64,000 nt of DNA from Planctomycetaceae bacterium (GTDB lineage Bacteria; Planctomycetota; Planctomycetia; Planctomycetales; Planctomycetaceae). The notes under the pieces were generated by a model. The model did not search any database, was not told the DNA's origin, and saw only the letters and a list, made by a program, of their open reading frames with translations. Below are positions 26,068-38,325 of this stretch, in pieces. Position 1 is the first letter of the stretch; each line of letters begins with the position of its first letter. Location of the stretch: the NCBI GenBank assembly GCA_050485185.1, contig JBJHAW010000003.1, positions 27,653-91,652 of the forward strand, written 5' to 3'. A program made the position numbers and the translations under genes.

Positions 26068-29000
26068 ATGCAGGTCCGATCGCATTCAGAAAATGTTGTT
26101 TTCACTGCTCGACAAGGGAAAAATCTCGTGCGTAAATCATTATGGCTGTCGGTTGGACTCTGCTTTCTTGCCTGGGGCCTGACTTCGGAACAGACGTTGC
26201 CTGCCCAGGATCAGAAAGCTGACGAGCAAGGGTTTGTCAGCCTTTTCAACGGCAAAGATCTCACGGGATGGGACGGCAATCCCGAGCTTTGGACCGTCGA
26301 AGAGGGAGTGATTACGGGCCGCACCAAAGGGCCCGACCACCTCAAATACAACGAATTCCTCATCTGGACGGGAGGCGAACCGGTCAACTTCGAACTGCGT
26401 CTCGAATTCCGCCTCGAAGGCGACAACAACTCGGGCGTGCAGTACCGCAGTTTTCTCAAGCCGGATGTGGGCAAGTGGTCGGTCGGGGGCTATCAGGCCG
26501 ATATTCACCCCAATCCGAACTACCTGGGAATGCTGTACGATGAGCGCCGCCGAGGCATTCTCGCACAACGCGGCCAAAAGGTGACCATCACGGCTGAGGG
26601 GGAGAAAACCACGGAAAAACTCGATGTCCCCGTGGATCAGAAGGATCTCACCGAGTGGCATGAAATGACGATCATCGCCCGCGGGGCACGTTTGATTCAC
26701 AAGGTCAACGGGGTGGTCACTGCGGAAATCATCGATCGCGACCGCAAAAACCGCGATGCGAAAGGGATCATCGCGTTTCAGGTACATCGTGGACCAGCGA
26801 TGGTCGCACAGTTCCGGAACATCCGCCTGAAAACGTTCCCCGTCAATGAGCGCAAGCCAACCGAAACAGCCGCAACGCCGACTCCCGCACCAGAAAAATC
26901 GCTGCCCGAACCGACCGCCACACCCGTTTCCGATATGAAAGTTGCCAAGGATTTTCAGGTGGAGTTGCTGTATTCGGTTCCCGCTGAAACAGAAGGCTCC
27001 TGGGTGGCAATGTGCACGGATCCCCAGGGACGCTTGATTGTCTCTGACCAGTACGGCGGATTGTTTCGCGTGACCTGCCCACCAGTAGGGGAGTCCACTC
27101 CTGTTGAGGTGGAGAAATTGAATGTCGATATCGGCGAAGCACAAGGGCTCTGCTGGGCTTTCGACTCGCTGTATGTCTCCGTCAACAAGGCGAAGAATTA
27201 CGAGGGAGGCCTGTACCGGGTGCAGGATACGACGGGTGATGGCGAACTCGACACCGTCACCAAACTGCGACCGTTGCACGGAACCGGAGAGCATGGTCCG
27301 CACGCCGTCTTCCCCACCGAAGATGGCCAGGGACTCTACATTGTGTGTGGCAACCGGACCGAACTGACGAAAATCGATGAGTCTCGTGTTCCGCGACACT
27401 GGGATGAAGACCTGCTGATTCCCCGGCCTTACGGACGCGGCTTCATGAAAGGGACGCCTGCACCAGGAGGCTATGTCTGTCGGATCGATCCGGAAGGGAA
27501 GCACTGGGAATTGATCGCCACCGGGTTTCGGAATCAGTACGATGCCGCTTTCAATCTGTCTGGCGACCTGTTCACATTCGATGCCGATATGGAATGGGAC
27601 ATGAACACCCCCTGGTATCGGCCCACGCGTGTGAATCATGTGGTGAGTGGGGCCGAGTTCGGCTGGCGAAATGGGGGAGGCAAATGGCCCGAACACTACG
27701 AAGATAGTCTCCCGGCAGTCATCAACATCGGGCCCGGTTCACCAACCGGGGTCACCTTCGGATACAATGCCAAGTTCCCGGCGAAGTATCAGGCCGCTTT
27801 CTTCATTTGCGACTGGAGCTACGGCAAACTCTACGCGACGCACCTGCTGCCGGAAGGGGCTTCCTACTCGGCCACTGCAGAAGAATTCATCACGGGCACG
27901 CCACTCCCGTTGACGGGGATTCTCATCAACCCGCACGACGGAGCAATGTACTTTGCGATTGGAGGTCGCAAGGTGCAGTCCGGCTTGTATCGAGTGACCT
28001 ACACTGGTGCGGAATCGACCGCGCCGATTGAGCCGGCCACCAGCTTGCCCGAACTCCACCAGATTCGGCGCGATCTGGAAACGCTGCATCTAGGGGACCA
28101 TGCCGATGCCGTTGTGAAGGCCTGGCCTTATTTGAGTCACCAGGATCGTTACATCCGTTTTGCGGCTCGGATTGCACTGGAACATCGCCCCATTGAAGAA
28201 TGGCAGGAACGGGCTCTCTCGGCGACCGACAACTGGACGGCGATCACTGCGCTGCTGGCTTTGGCACGCACCCAAGAGCGGGAAGACAAAGGGGAAGGGG
28301 AGGGAATCGACCGCCCCCTGCCAAACTGGAATGAACTCCCCGAGGAGGCTGGAAAACACGAATTGCAGACCGCGATTCTCGAGGCCCTCAATCGTCTGGA
28401 ATGGCGTACTCTTAATGAGGCCCAGAAACTGGCGTTGCTGCGGGCCTACACGGTCGCCTTGATTCGTATGGGCCCCTGTTCGGAACAGATGCGGCAAGAG
28501 TTGATCGCCCGCTTTTCGCCGGTTACGCCGGATCGCTCCGCCAAGGTGAATTCCGAACTGGCCCAGATGCTCGTGTATCTGCAGGCCCCCGAGGCAGCCG
28601 GTCAAGTTATCGCTTTGTTGAATGCCGCTCCCTCGCAAGAAGAGCAGATCGATTACGCGAAAACCGCACGGAAACTGGAAACCGGGTGGACTCCCGAACT
28701 CCGCGAGGCTTACTTCAAATGGTTCAACCGCGCAGCCGGGTACCGAGGGGGAGCCAGTTTCGCCCTGTTTGTGGAAAACATCCGCAAAGATGCCCTGACA
28801 CGATTGAACGACGAAGAGAAACTGGCTCTGCAGCCCATTCTGGAAGCCGAGAAACCGGCCGATAGCCCATTCTCGCCCGAGCCCCGGGAGTTCGTCAAAG
28901 AGTGGACGATGGAAGAACTGACTCCGCTGCTATCCGAAAAACTGCATGATCGCGACTTTGACAACGGTCGCCGGATGTTTGGGGCGGCCAGTTGTTTTGC

Positions 29001-29412
29001 CTGCCATCGATTTGATCAGCAGGGGGGAGCCATGGGGCCAGACCTCTCCGCATTGGCAGGCCGCTTCAGTCCCCGGGACATCCTGGAATCGATCATCGAT
29101 CCCAGCAAGGCTATCAGCGATCAATATGCTGCCGTCCAGATCGTCACAGTGGAAGGGAAAGTGATTGTGGGACGGATCGTCAACCTCGCGGGAAATACGT
29201 ATCGCATCAACACCGATATGCTCAACCCGGATATGATGGTCACCGTGAAACGGGAGGACATCGAAGAAATGCAGCCTTCCAAAACCTCGATGATGCCCAA
29301 AGGGTTACTCAACACCCTGAACGAGGAAGAAGTGCTCGACCTCATGGCCTACCTGTTGTCTCGGGGAGATCGCGATCACCCCATGTTTCGGCAGTCCGCC
29401 TCCTCTGAATGA
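26068..29412 (+). CDS. PVC-type DUF1080 + glucose/sorbosone-dehydrogenase-like propeller + HEAT + heme-c protein
   Basis: [20 protein letters not shown] (DUF1080); GFRNQYD, WYRPTR; CFACH heme motif, GPDLS; start uncertain. Confidence 0.85.
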   Translation: MQVRSHSENVVFTARQGKNLVRKSLWLSVGLCFLAWGLTSEQTLPAQDQKADEQGFVSLFNGKDLTGWDGNPELWTVEEGVITGRTKGPDHLKYNEFLIWTGGEPVNFELRLEFRLEGDNNSGVQYRSFLKPDVGKWSVGGYQADIHPNPNYLGMLYDERRRGILAQRGQKVTITAEGEKTTEKLDVPVDQKDLTEWHEMTIIARGARLIHKVNGVVTAEIIDRDRKNRDAKGIIAFQVHRGPAMVAQFRNIRLKTFPVNERKPTETAATPTPAPEKSLPEPTATPVSDMKVAKDFQVELLYSVPAETEGSWVAMCTDPQGRLIVSDQYGGLFRVTCPPVGESTPVEVEKLNVDIGEAQGLCWAFDSLYVSVNKAKNYEGGLYRVQDTTGDGELDTVTKLRPLHGTGEHGPHAVFPTEDGQGLYIVCGNRTELTKIDESRVPRHWDEDLLIPRPYGRGFMKGTPAPGGYVCRIDPEGKHWELIATGFRNQYDAAFNLSGDLFTFDADMEWDMNTPWYRPTRVNHVVSGAEFGWRNGGGKWPEHYEDSLPAVINIGPGSPTGVTFGYNAKFPAKYQAAFFICDWSYGKLYATHLLPEGASYSATAEEFITGTPLPLTGILINPHDGAMYFAIGGRKVQSGLYRVTYTGAESTAPIEPATSLPELHQIRRDLETLHLGDHADAVVKAWPYLSHQDRYIRFAARIALEHRPIEEWQERALSATDNWTAITALLALARTQEREDKGEGEGIDRPLPNWNELPEEAGKHELQTAILEALNRLEWRTLNEAQKLALLRAYTVALIRMGPCSEQMRQELIARFSPVTPDRSAKVNSELAQMLVYLQAPEAAGQVIALLNAAPSQEEQIDYAKTARKLETGWTPELREAYFKWFNRAAGYRGGASFALFVENIRKDALTRLNDEEKLALQPILEAEKPADSPFSPEPREFVKEWTMEELTPLLSEKLHDRDFDNGRRMFGAASCFACHRFDQQGGAMGPDLSALAGRFSPRDILESIIDPSKAISDQYAAVQIVTVEGKVIVGRIVNLAGNTYRINTDMLNPDMMVTVKREDIEEMQPSKTSMMPKGLLNTLNEEEVLDLMAYLLSRGDRDHPMFRQSASSE

Positions 29413-29939
29413 GCGGACCAGCCGGTCAACCCGGCCCGCAAAAGCAGGGCTGGTTTCGGACTGCCTTGCTCTCTATCCGGATGGGCGCCAATGCGTTGCC
29501 ACATGTTCGACAACATGTGGTTGCCTTGGCGTGGCCAGTGGGATACGAGCGGCGAGGTTTATCCCCGCTGCAGCACATGCGGAACAGTGATTTCTCCCGG
29601 AAATTCGATTACGATAGCGAAATCTGCCAGAGGTCACCTGGACAAGGATTGGTCGAATCAGGGTGTTCCCGTCCGTTTGAATAAGACTGGTCGGGGCGTG
29701 CCGTGATCGGAGGCCATTCATTGGCTTTCAATTTTCCTGTTGGCAACGAATTCCTCATGCCTTGATCGGCGGGGGGCAATTCGCCCCTCAGCGGTTTGCC
29801 AAGTGAGGCCGCTGGACAGAACAAGACATTTTCCACAAGGGGCGATTTTCCTCTTGTGGGATTGTATAATCCCCCTGCATGCCGACCAGGAATCCTGGCA
29901 TGCAGGACAGAGAGGCTGGTCAACAGTCAGGTTGGTTAC

Positions 29940-31688
29940 ATGATCATTCGCAATGGAATCGCGGTTTCCCCAGGTGTGGCGATCGGTGATGCGCTGGTGA
30001 TTGGGTCGGAGGATTTCCGCATCCCACAGCGTTTCATTCCCCGCCGCCTGGTCGATCAGGAATTGACTCGTTTTCGGCAGGCGTTGGAGCATGTCTCCGA
30101 GGAAATTTCCGAGAACGAACGTCTTGCCAACGAGGCCATTGGTCTGCAGTACGGAGCCATTTTCGCGGCCCACCTGCAAATGGCACAGGACCCGAAACTC
30201 ATTTCCGAAGTGGAAATGCTGATCCGGGATCGCTGCTACAGTCCTGAGTTCGCTTCCAGTCGTACACTCCGCAAGTATGCCAAGCAGTTCCAATCGCTGG
30301 GGAATGCCTACTTCGCAGAGCGTGCTGCCGACATTTACGATCTCGAAAAGCGGATCTTGCGGCATCTGTTGGGGGAACGCAGGGAGAGTCTGGCCGAACT
30401 GACCGAACCGGTCGTGGTGCTGGCCCACAACCTGACCCCCAGCGAAACCGCTGGGCTGAATCGGGAGTTCGTTCTGGGCTTCGTGACGGAAGCGGGTGGT
30501 CGGACGAGCCACACCGCGATTCTGGCAGCTGCCCTGCAGATACCGGCCGTGGTGGGGGTGGGCCCCTTCCTGGCGGATGTCTCGGGCGGGGAAACCGTCA
30601 TCGTGGATGGCAAGAGCGGAGAGTTCATCATCGACCCCGATGACGACACGCTGTTTCGCATCAATGCGGCCAAGGTGAAGTACCATGACGCAGATATGCG
30701 TCGGCAATTCCTCAGCGACCTGGTCCCCGAAACCAAGGACGGAGTCAGGATTCAACTGCTGGGGAACATCGAATTTCCGCACGAGGCTCAGCAGTGCGAA
30801 ATCCGGGGCGCTGACGGCATCGGACTGTATCGCACGGAGTTTCTGTACCTGGGTCGCGATACCATTCCGACCGAAGAGGACCATTTTCAGGCCTACTCCG
30901 AGGTGATTCAATCCTTCCCGAATCACCCCATCATCATCCGCACACTGGACCTGGGGGCCGACAAAATTCCCGGGCACATGTATCGGCATCTGGCAGATCA
31001 AAGCAATCCGGCACTCGGTCTGCGGAGCATTCGGCTGAGTCTGCACGACATGAAAATGTTCAAGACGCAGATCCGAGCTATTCTACGCGCGTCGGTCGGC
31101 GTGGAATTGGGGATTATGTTCCCGCTGGTCTCCTCCCTGCTGGAATTTCGCCAGGCGCGGATGACGGTCCGCGAAGTGATGGAGGATCTCGATGAGCAAT
31201 CGATCCCTTACAATCGAGACATTTCGCTGGGAATCATGGTCGAAGTTCCCGCCACCGTGATGATGGCCGAGGAGTTTGCCCGAGAGGTCGATTTCTTTTC
31301 GATCGGCACCAACGACCTGATTCAGTATTCGCTGGCAGCCGATCGGTCGGATCCGATGGTGGCCAAATGGCATAACCCAGCCGACCCGGCCATTCTCCGC
31401 ATGATCGAAATGGTGATTGTGGCGGCGGCCCGGCATAACGTGACCGTCTCCGTCTGCGGACAGATGAGTTCCGACCCCAAATGCGTCCCCCTGCTGATCG
31501 GCCTGGGAATTCGGCAAATCAGCGTCAGTCCGCACACCATCCCGGAAATCAAGGAGGTCATCCGCGCTCTCACGTTGGAAAAGGCGGAGGCGATTGCCGA
31601 GTACTCGAAGTCTCAGGAACTGGCCCGCGATGTGGAAAGCTACCTGAATCGCGAACTCCGTCTGCTCATCCCCGAAAATTCCCGCTAA
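29940..31688 (+). CDS. ptsI: Phosphoenolpyruvate-protein phosphotransferase (PTS enzyme I)
   Basis: [10 protein letters not shown] (phospho-His), [36 protein letters not shown]. Confidence 0.94.
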   Translation: MIIRNGIAVSPGVAIGDALVIGSEDFRIPQRFIPRRLVDQELTRFRQALEHVSEEISENERLANEAIGLQYGAIFAAHLQMAQDPKLISEVEMLIRDRCYSPEFASSRTLRKYAKQFQSLGNAYFAERAADIYDLEKRILRHLLGERRESLAELTEPVVVLAHNLTPSETAGLNREFVLGFVTEAGGRTSHTAILAAALQIPAVVGVGPFLADVSGGETVIVDGKSGEFIIDPDDDTLFRINAAKVKYHDADMRRQFLSDLVPETKDGVRIQLLGNIEFPHEAQQCEIRGADGIGLYRTEFLYLGRDTIPTEEDHFQAYSEVIQSFPNHPIIIRTLDLGADKIPGHMYRHLADQSNPALGLRSIRLSLHDMKMFKTQIRAILRASVGVELGIMFPLVSSLLEFRQARMTVREVMEDLDEQSIPYNRDISLGIMVEVPATVMMAEEFAREVDFFSIGTNDLIQYSLAADRSDPMVAKWHNPADPAILRMIEMVIVAAARHNVTVSVCGQMSSDPKCVPLLIGLGIRQISVSPHTIPEIKEVIRALTLEKAEAIAEYSKSQELARDVESYLNRELRLLIPENSR

Positions 31689-32140
31689 GCCAGATCGCGT
31701 TGGGGCAGTCTTCCGTCTGCCGATCGATCCGAACTTGGGGAGCTGCAAGACATGAACCGCTCGCCTCGGGTGTTCTGAGTGCTCATGAAGTGGCCGATTC
31801 ACTGCTACTGAACACGGTCCCTGATCATTGGCACGGATGGGGAGCTACGGAATATGGATATCGACATCTGGATTCCAGGGTTGATCAGCTTTCTCGCTCC
31901 GCACAACCGGGTGAGCAGCACATCCGAATTGCCTGGCAGCCATGAATGCAAATTATGAACGTCAATTTGGTGAATTTTGGCCAAAGACGCAGGCAAATCC
32001 TCGTGATATCAACGTTTGAGAGAGAGTTCGCGGCCCCTGGAAAGCAGCGGCATTTCAGGGGAAATGCAATCGATATGGGAATGCTGCATAATAGGACGAA
32101 TAAAACGTTAAGCATGGTTGAGCAAATTGTGTCGATTGGG

Positions 32141-32169
32141 TTGACAGCTCGCGGCGGTGTACATACAAC
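32141..32169 (+). promoter_or_regulatory. Sigma-70-like promoter
   Basis: TTGACA-N17-TACAAC, 66 bp upstream of the ATG at 32235. Confidence 0.55.
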
Positions 32170-32234
32170 AAACGTGATCACGCCGAGCAGTTCGGCGGCT
32201 TTTTGGAGTGTTTCGTGAGACAAGGGAGATTGTT

Positions 32235-32474
32235 ATGAAGATGCGCGTGAAAGTGTTGGCCTGCGTTGCTGCCCTGATGATGTTCGCAGGAACCATGGTG
32301 CCGGAAGCGGATGCCGGTCGTCGTTGCCGCCGGGCTCGTCGCTGCTGGACCCCTTGCTACGTCGTGTGCTGCAAGCCGGTTTGTCAGCCCGTCTGCTGCA
32401 AGACCGAGTGCAAGCCCTGCTGCAAAACCGAGTGCGCCACTGAGTGCAAGACCGAAGAGAAAGAAGAAAAGTAA
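32235..32474 (+). CDS. Small secreted Cys-rich protein
   Basis: GGGAG RBS; signal peptide ending EADA; 13 Cys in the ~53-aa mature part; own promoter and terminator. Confidence 0.75.
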   Translation: MKMRVKVLACVAALMMFAGTMVPEADAGRRCRRARRCWTPCYVVCCKPVCQPVCCKTECKPCCKTECATECKTEEKEEK

Positions 32475-32560
32475 TGGGCAGGCCTCACGCAGAGGGGCTG
32501 GAGCAATCTCTGGTTAAGCCCTGAACGTGCTGGCCCCCTGAAGCATCGCTTTCAGACCGC

Positions 32561-32602
32561 AAAGGCTCTTCAAAACGTCGTTTTGAAGAGCCTTTTGCCT
32601 TT
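32561..32602. terminator. Bidirectional intrinsic terminator
   Basis: aaaggctcttcaaaac-gtc-gttttgaagagccttt between convergent genes. Confidence 0.8.
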
Positions 32603-32603
32603 T

Positions 32604-33704
32604 TCAGATAGGCTCAGGGAAAGCTCCGAAAGGGGCACTTCGCTCGTTTGTTGCGTCCGTTCCTGTTAACGGGAGTTGAGGATTCCGCAGATATTGCCAG
32701 AGCGCCTGTTGAAACCGGGGGCCTTCAGATTCCTTCAGCAATTCGTGATACCAACCCGAAAGCAGATGGAATTGAATGAGCGATTCTCCCTGCGATTCAT
32801 TCACCCGTTCGGCCCAGGCACGCGCGGCCAGGGGATCGACGATGACATCCTCTCCCGCCTGGAATATGTCGGTCGGGATGCGGTAGTGCGCGCTCTCCTC
32901 AAATGCCTCGGCCAAGGCACGCTCCACCTCAAGATACCAGCGTGCTGTCACCGCGCGGCGAATCTTCTGATCCAGTCGGCGTTGCCGTGTCACCTCCTCG
33001 TCATGGGAAAGATCCTCGGCGCGAATCGTGCTGCGGAATTGAGTGCGGGGCAGCAGATGACCGATCATGCTAGCCAGCATTTTCTTCCAAGCGGCAATCG
33101 GATGCCGAATTCCGAGCAACGGCGACAACAGACAAACCCGGTGGCAAGGAGCCTCGCGTCCCTGTCGCGCCAGGTGTTGCAGCCAACGAATGACAATCAG
33201 GCCGCCCATGCTGTTGCCCATCAATACCGTTCGCGCGGGATCGAAACCTTTTTCCTCGCACAACGCCTGCAGATCCTCGAAGTAGTGCTCGAACCGATCC
33301 ACGTGGACCACGTCGCCCGTCGAATTTCCGTGACCCCGCAAATCGGGAAGCCAAACCCGCCAGCCGACACTGGCTCCCCGCTCTGCAAATTCGACATGCC
33401 GCCCCCCATATTCGCAGGCACCATGCACAAACAAAACTGTCTCGCCCGGCCACTCGGCTGAGGCGTTTTCCGGGGCAATCATCGAACTGAACTCCGATGA
33501 AAGCCCAACAGCCGCATGGTTACTGGTTTCAACGGGCGTCTCTACAGGTTTACCGTTCCCAGCAGCGGTTGCCAATTGCTCGGACGCCAACAGACTGTCA
33601 CTGGGGAAGATTTCGCGACAATGCAGCGTGATTCCCCCCGGACGGACCAAGTGGTGCTCCGCGAAACGAATATCCTGAATTGGCTGCGACGCGGTGTCTT
33701 CCAT
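32604..33704 (-). CDS. Alpha/beta hydrolase (lysophospholipase / Hydrolase_4 family)
   Basis: VHGACEYGGRH, DLRGHGNS, GNSMGG nucleophile, GWYHELLKE; start uncertain. Confidence 0.85.
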   Translation of the reverse strand: MEDTASQPIQDIRFAEHHLVRPGGITLHCREIFPSDSLLASEQLATAAGNGKPVETPVETSNHAAVGLSSEFSSMIAPENASAEWPGETVLFVHGACEYGGRHVEFAERGASVGWRVWLPDLRGHGNSTGDVVHVDRFEHYFEDLQALCEEKGFDPARTVLMGNSMGGLIVIRWLQHLARQGREAPCHRVCLLSPLLGIRHPIAAWKKMLASMIGHLLPRTQFRSTIRAEDLSHDEEVTRQRRLDQKIRRAVTARWYLEVERALAEAFEESAHYRIPTDIFQAGEDVIVDPLAARAWAERVNESQGESLIQFHLLSGWYHELLKESEGPRFQQALWQYLRNPQLPLTGTDATNERSAPFGAFPEPI

Positions 33705-34020
33705 GTTCTGTCCCTTCAACAACTGACTCCTGACCCCTCTCACGTGGCCTGTCGGCCACTTCTTCCCGAAGTTCCGTCGCGGAATTTTTGAAAGTAGGAC
33801 GGAATCCCGTGACACCAATCTCAGCTGAATCGTAACGCTTTTTCGATGAACTGACGAACCCTTTGGGGAGTCTGGCGAAGATTTTTCAGCCGATGTCCGC
33901 CACTCGCCGGGTGCCATGCTCTCATACCGTAGGCGGGTGAGCATGCCGGGTCAGCGCATGAACCGCAACTGCCAAGTGGCTAACGCTCCCCCGCTCGCCG
34001 GGAGTTGTTGTAGCCGCTCG

Positions 34021-34256
34021 GAAGCTGTGAATAATTTCAATGTGAGTGGAAACCGGCGCAATATGTTGTGGGACCAACGCTGAATCGATACCACAGAAAT
34101 GGTCCGCACAGAAGCTGTGAATTTTTTGAATTTGCGGACATTTCTGCACAATATATTGTGGTCGTAATGCTGCGTGGATACCACATAATCGGTCCGCACA
34201 GCGGACCCTACGATTAATTCACAGCCTGACAGCGGACCCTACGGAAAATTCACCGC
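34021..34256. repeat. REP-like family A, copy 4 (two 90-bp modules + duplicated REP end)
   Basis: Modules 34021-34110 and 34111-34200, then gcggaccctacgattaattcacagcctg and a second partial end. Confidence 0.85.
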
Positions 34257-34607
34257 TTGTCGGGAATTGTTACTGGGTTGTCAAACTGGGGTGTCTGCGC
34301 AAGCACAGCCTCTTTTTCTGGCTGGAGTTGATATTCCGACGAGAATGTTCGTCCCGGTCTCACGGATTGAATGTGTCTTGCCCGATTAAAATGAGTGAGT
34401 CGATTTCGCTTGCGCGCGGCACGATGTTTGCGCTGGCAAGTGAAGTGAGATTTGAGCCCTGGGGGACTGGCGGAGGAACGCCAACACAGTCTCCGTGCGG
34501 ACAGCACAGAATCTGAGTGCTGGGTCGTGGGGCTGAGACGCATGGACACCCGATACGAAGTTCCTCGGACAGAAAACTGCACCGAGACATCGAGAGAGGC
34601 CGAAGGG

Positions 34608-35912
34608 ATGCGGCAAAGCACGATGAAAAACCTGGCTTGCGTTGTGATAAGCGGATTCGCAGGGCTCAGTTGCATAACCAATTTGATGGCCAGCGACGAA
34701 TATCTGATGCTGAATCCCGCTGGGACGCATCCCTGTCCGTTCGAGGATTCGGACTGCCCTCCGTTGTGTCTGGAACCGGGCTATTGCGGTCCTTGCATGT
34801 ACTTCGGAGCCGAGTATCTGTTCTGGACGCGCAATTCTAATGTGAGTTCCAACTTGGTGATCGGTGGCCCGGATGCCTTCTCGTATCATGATTTGGGATT
34901 CGGATTCGAAGGGGGCTATCGCCTGCGTGCGGCGGTTGCTTTTGAATTTTTGGAATTCGAATTTTCCTGGGCGGAGATTGATGGCTGGAACTCCAGTCGC
35001 GGGGGGCAATTGACCAACGGCGTCGGCTTTGATGGCGGCGCTGCCTTCGCGGGAGCGAATTTCATCAATCAGGGAACGTTCTTCCAATCCATACACCATG
35101 CCTCGACGATTGACGCCGGCGGGGTGAACATGACGTTCGAGGATCACGGTTTGGGACCTGCGGGTGGCTTCGATGACTTGCCCCCCGTCTATAATATGGA
35201 ATACCGCAGCACGCTGCGCGACCTGGAATTGATGGCCAAATACGCCCCCTTCCATGAGCGGGTCAAATTGGGAGTGGGCTGGCGTCGTGTGACATTAGAC
35301 GAACTGGCCGGCGTTTCTATGACCGGTACGTTCCGCGCCGTCGATAACGATCCGGCCGCACCGGGAGGACTCTCGCACGCTGCTTTGACCAGCCCTCAGG
35401 GGGGCAACCTGATGCATCTGGGCGGAGCAGCGGATGGCTTCGATGATGAAACGGGCCTGCTGGGAGGAGTTGGTCCAGACACATTGTTGTTGCGGAATAT
35501 GGCTACCACCGACAACACCCTCAACGGGGTGCAGTTCTCGATGGAAGCCTTGCTGATCGAGGGAGAACGGTTTCTGATCGACTCCAGCATCAAGGCGGGG
35601 ATTTATCAGAACCGGGCCACGGGACGGGTGATCGAGACCTACTCCGGCATCGCCAACGATGATTCCGTGTACGGTCGCTCGTTGACCAGCAACAGCAGCA
35701 ACGTCGCTTTGGTGGCGCAGCTTGGCCTGGGAACCACCTATCGAGTGAATGATTACATTCGCTTCCGCTTTGGTTGGGAAGTTCTGTTCCTGTCTGGTGT
35801 GGCCTTGGCCCCAGATCAGGCTGCTCAACCACTCTCCAACAGCTATCAGATCAACAACGACGGCAGCCTGATCGCCAACGGCGGCCATGTCGGTCTGGAA
35901 TTCACCTACTAA
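34608..35912 (+). CDS. BBP7-family planctomycete outer-membrane beta-barrel protein
   Basis: YFGAEYLFWTR, NTLNGVQ, KAGIYQN, RFGWEVLFLSGVALAPDQ, GGHVGLEFTY C-terminus. Confidence 0.78.
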   Translation: MRQSTMKNLACVVISGFAGLSCITNLMASDEYLMLNPAGTHPCPFEDSDCPPLCLEPGYCGPCMYFGAEYLFWTRNSNVSSNLVIGGPDAFSYHDLGFGFEGGYRLRAAVAFEFLEFEFSWAEIDGWNSSRGGQLTNGVGFDGGAAFAGANFINQGTFFQSIHHASTIDAGGVNMTFEDHGLGPAGGFDDLPPVYNMEYRSTLRDLELMAKYAPFHERVKLGVGWRRVTLDELAGVSMTGTFRAVDNDPAAPGGLSHAALTSPQGGNLMHLGGAADGFDDETGLLGGVGPDTLLLRNMATTDNTLNGVQFSMEALLIEGERFLIDSSIKAGIYQNRATGRVIETYSGIANDDSVYGRSLTSNSSNVALVAQLGLGTTYRVNDYIRFRFGWEVLFLSGVALAPDQAAQPLSNSYQINNDGSLIANGGHVGLEFTY

Positions 35913-36293
35913 GGACTGCTGGCATAATCACGGTCCGACGTGTTGCTGTTGTCGATATTCTGAATGCCCTCCGCTTGTCTAGAGGGTGAAATGCTGGTGG
36001 GAGCTAATGCTGCGATTTTGCGGTGAAGTCTAGTGATTTTCTTGCGGACTGCATACAATGCCAAATGACGCTTCCCGGCTGTGGTCTCTTCGGTCGGTCC
36101 TTGGCTCATGTAACCCTCGTGGAGTCTCAGTGTGGACTCCGTAGCGGTGTGCCAATGCAGCGGGCGATTGACACCGGGGAGTTGCGTCGAGGTGTGCAGT
36201 TGGGCCGAGTCCTGGGTGGTGTCGCAAAGCCCCGGGCGGGCGGTCTGTTTCATTTGAGCAGCAGTAACAGCAACGAAAAAGGAAACGGTCTCG

Positions 36294-38318
36294 TTGGACG
36301 GTGAATCCTTAAGACGGCCGGATGTGACTTATCAGCTCATCATGGCAGATTCCAGTGGGGAAACTCAGCAGTACCCGCTGCATGATGATCAGGTCACCAA
36401 CATTGGCCGCGCTTCTACGAACCGCATCGTGCTCAGCGATGAAAAGTGCAGCAGGCACCACTGTGAGGTCTTTCTTGCCTCCACTGGCTGGAAACTGCGG
36501 GATCGCAACAGCCGGAATGGCACCTTCGTCAATTTCGAGCCGGTGCAGCAAGATTACCCTTTGAACGACGGCGACCTGATTCGCATCGGGCATACTCTGT
36601 TGAGGTTTACCAGCGATGCCGAGGCGCATCTGCACGAGCCCCCTGCGACCCTCGATGGCGATACCTCGCCCGACATGCCGGTTTATCAGGAAGAGGACAG
36701 CAAGGCGGAGATCATCCGTCGGCAACGCCACTCCAGCTACCGGGAAGCGGCTGCCGAGTATTCGGGAGGGGAACATTCCCGCGCCCAACTCTCGCGGCTC
36801 TATCAGATGGCTTTGGCGATGGGGAACACGAACTCCGTACAAGAACTGGCCGATGTGGTTTTGGATGGTCTGGTCGGTATCACCGGAGCCAACATCGGAG
36901 CGGTCCTCACGCGGCAGGATTACGCCAGCGCCAGGCCAGGCGAGACGCCGCAAGCGCAGCAACTCAATATCAACAGTTATCGCAGTCTCAACGGAGGCAA
37001 CTATCACCGGGTTTCCCGCAGCCTGACGGAGTTGGTGCTGGAATCGGGGGAAGCCATCCTCGCCTACGATGTTACGATTCACGAAGGACTCACCGGGGCC
37101 CGCGACAGTTTGAACGATCTGCAGGCGCAAAGTTTGATTGTGGCCCCCGTCCATGCCGAAGATCAGACCTTCGGCTTGATTCATCTCTACTCGACGAATC
37201 CCGACAATCCACTGGATGGGGAGGGGCTGGATTACACTTTGGCAGTGGCCGATCAACTGGCCGTGGCTCTCAAGAATCTGCATCAGCGACAGCAGTTGCA
37301 AGAGGGCCTGAAGCGGATGAAGTCGGAGAATCTGCAACTCCGGGAGCAACTGGCGATCGAAAGCGAACTGGTCGGGCAGAGCGCGGCCATGCAGCGTTTA
37401 CGGGAAACCATCTCGCTGGTGGCACCCACCGATACCGTGGTTTTGATTCGAGGTGAAAGTGGCGTCGGGAAAGAACTGGTGGCTCGGGCCATCCATGCCA
37501 ACAGTCAGCGCCGAGACGCGCCCTTCATCTGCATGAATTGTGCCGCATTGAGCGAAAGCCTGCTGGAAAGTGAACTGTTCGGGCACGAAAAAGGTTCCTT
37601 CACAGGAGCCACCGGACAAAAAGCCGGGAAATTCGAGCAGGCCCATCAGGGGACTTTATTCCTCGATGAAGTGGGAGAGATGAGCCCCACGATACAGGCC
37701 AAGTTTCTCCGCGTGCTGGAAGGGCATGCATTTGAGAGAGTAGGGGGGGCAGTCAGCATTCATGTGAATGTCCGTCTGGTGGCGGCGACGAATCGCAACC
37801 TGGAAGAGGCGGTCCGTCAGATGACGTTTCGCAAAGATCTCTACTTCCGATTGCAGGTGCTGGAAATTCAGGTTCCCCCCTTGCGCGAACGGGCTGAGGA
37901 TGTCCCCTTACTGGCGGAGTATTTCGCTCAGCGGTTGGCACTGAAAACTGGTCGTCGGGTTCGCGGATTCACACCTGCTGCCATGGCACGCCTCACCCGA
38001 TACGACTGGCCGGGGAATATCCGCGAATTGCAGAACACGGTCGAGCGTGCCGTGGTTCTCTGCACGGGAGACGAGATCGAGCCTCAGCACATCCAGCTTT
38101 CTCGGTTGGAACTGGACGAGCGGGAAAAGCCAGTCGCAACCGAGGCCGCAGTCAGTAGCGAAGAACTGACCATCGAGGAAGTCGAGCGGGAACACATTTT
38201 GAGAACTCTGGAATTGACCGGCGGAAATAAATCTCGAGCCGCACAAATCCTGGGCATCGAACGCTCGACACTCGACCGCAAACTAAAAAAATACGGCTTG
38301 AAAACACCCCGTTCCTGA
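36294..38318 (+). CDS. Sigma-54-dependent activator, FHA-GAF-AAA+-Fis HTH
   Basis: IGRASTN...SRHH...SRNGT (FHA); GAF; [34 protein letters not shown]-terminal HTH; start may be GTG 36324. Confidence 0.92.
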   Translation: MDGESLRRPDVTYQLIMADSSGETQQYPLHDDQVTNIGRASTNRIVLSDEKCSRHHCEVFLASTGWKLRDRNSRNGTFVNFEPVQQDYPLNDGDLIRIGHTLLRFTSDAEAHLHEPPATLDGDTSPDMPVYQEEDSKAEIIRRQRHSSYREAAAEYSGGEHSRAQLSRLYQMALAMGNTNSVQELADVVLDGLVGITGANIGAVLTRQDYASARPGETPQAQQLNINSYRSLNGGNYHRVSRSLTELVLESGEAILAYDVTIHEGLTGARDSLNDLQAQSLIVAPVHAEDQTFGLIHLYSTNPDNPLDGEGLDYTLAVADQLAVALKNLHQRQQLQEGLKRMKSENLQLREQLAIESELVGQSAAMQRLRETISLVAPTDTVVLIRGESGVGKELVARAIHANSQRRDAPFICMNCAALSESLLESELFGHEKGSFTGATGQKAGKFEQAHQGTLFLDEVGEMSPTIQAKFLRVLEGHAFERVGGAVSIHVNVRLVAATNRNLEEAVRQMTFRKDLYFRLQVLEIQVPPLRERAEDVPLLAEYFAQRLALKTGRRVRGFTPAAMARLTRYDWPGNIRELQNTVERAVVLCTGDEIEPQHIQLSRLELDEREKPVATEAAVSSEELTIEEVEREHILRTLELTGGNKSRAAQILGIERSTLDRKLKKYGLKTPRS

Positions 38319-38325
38319 GTCCCGT

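Noticed and set aside
34021-34256. CRISPR-like appearance of the 90-bp units
   Set aside because: The would-be spacers are homologous to each other, there are at most two units per locus, and no cas genes are present
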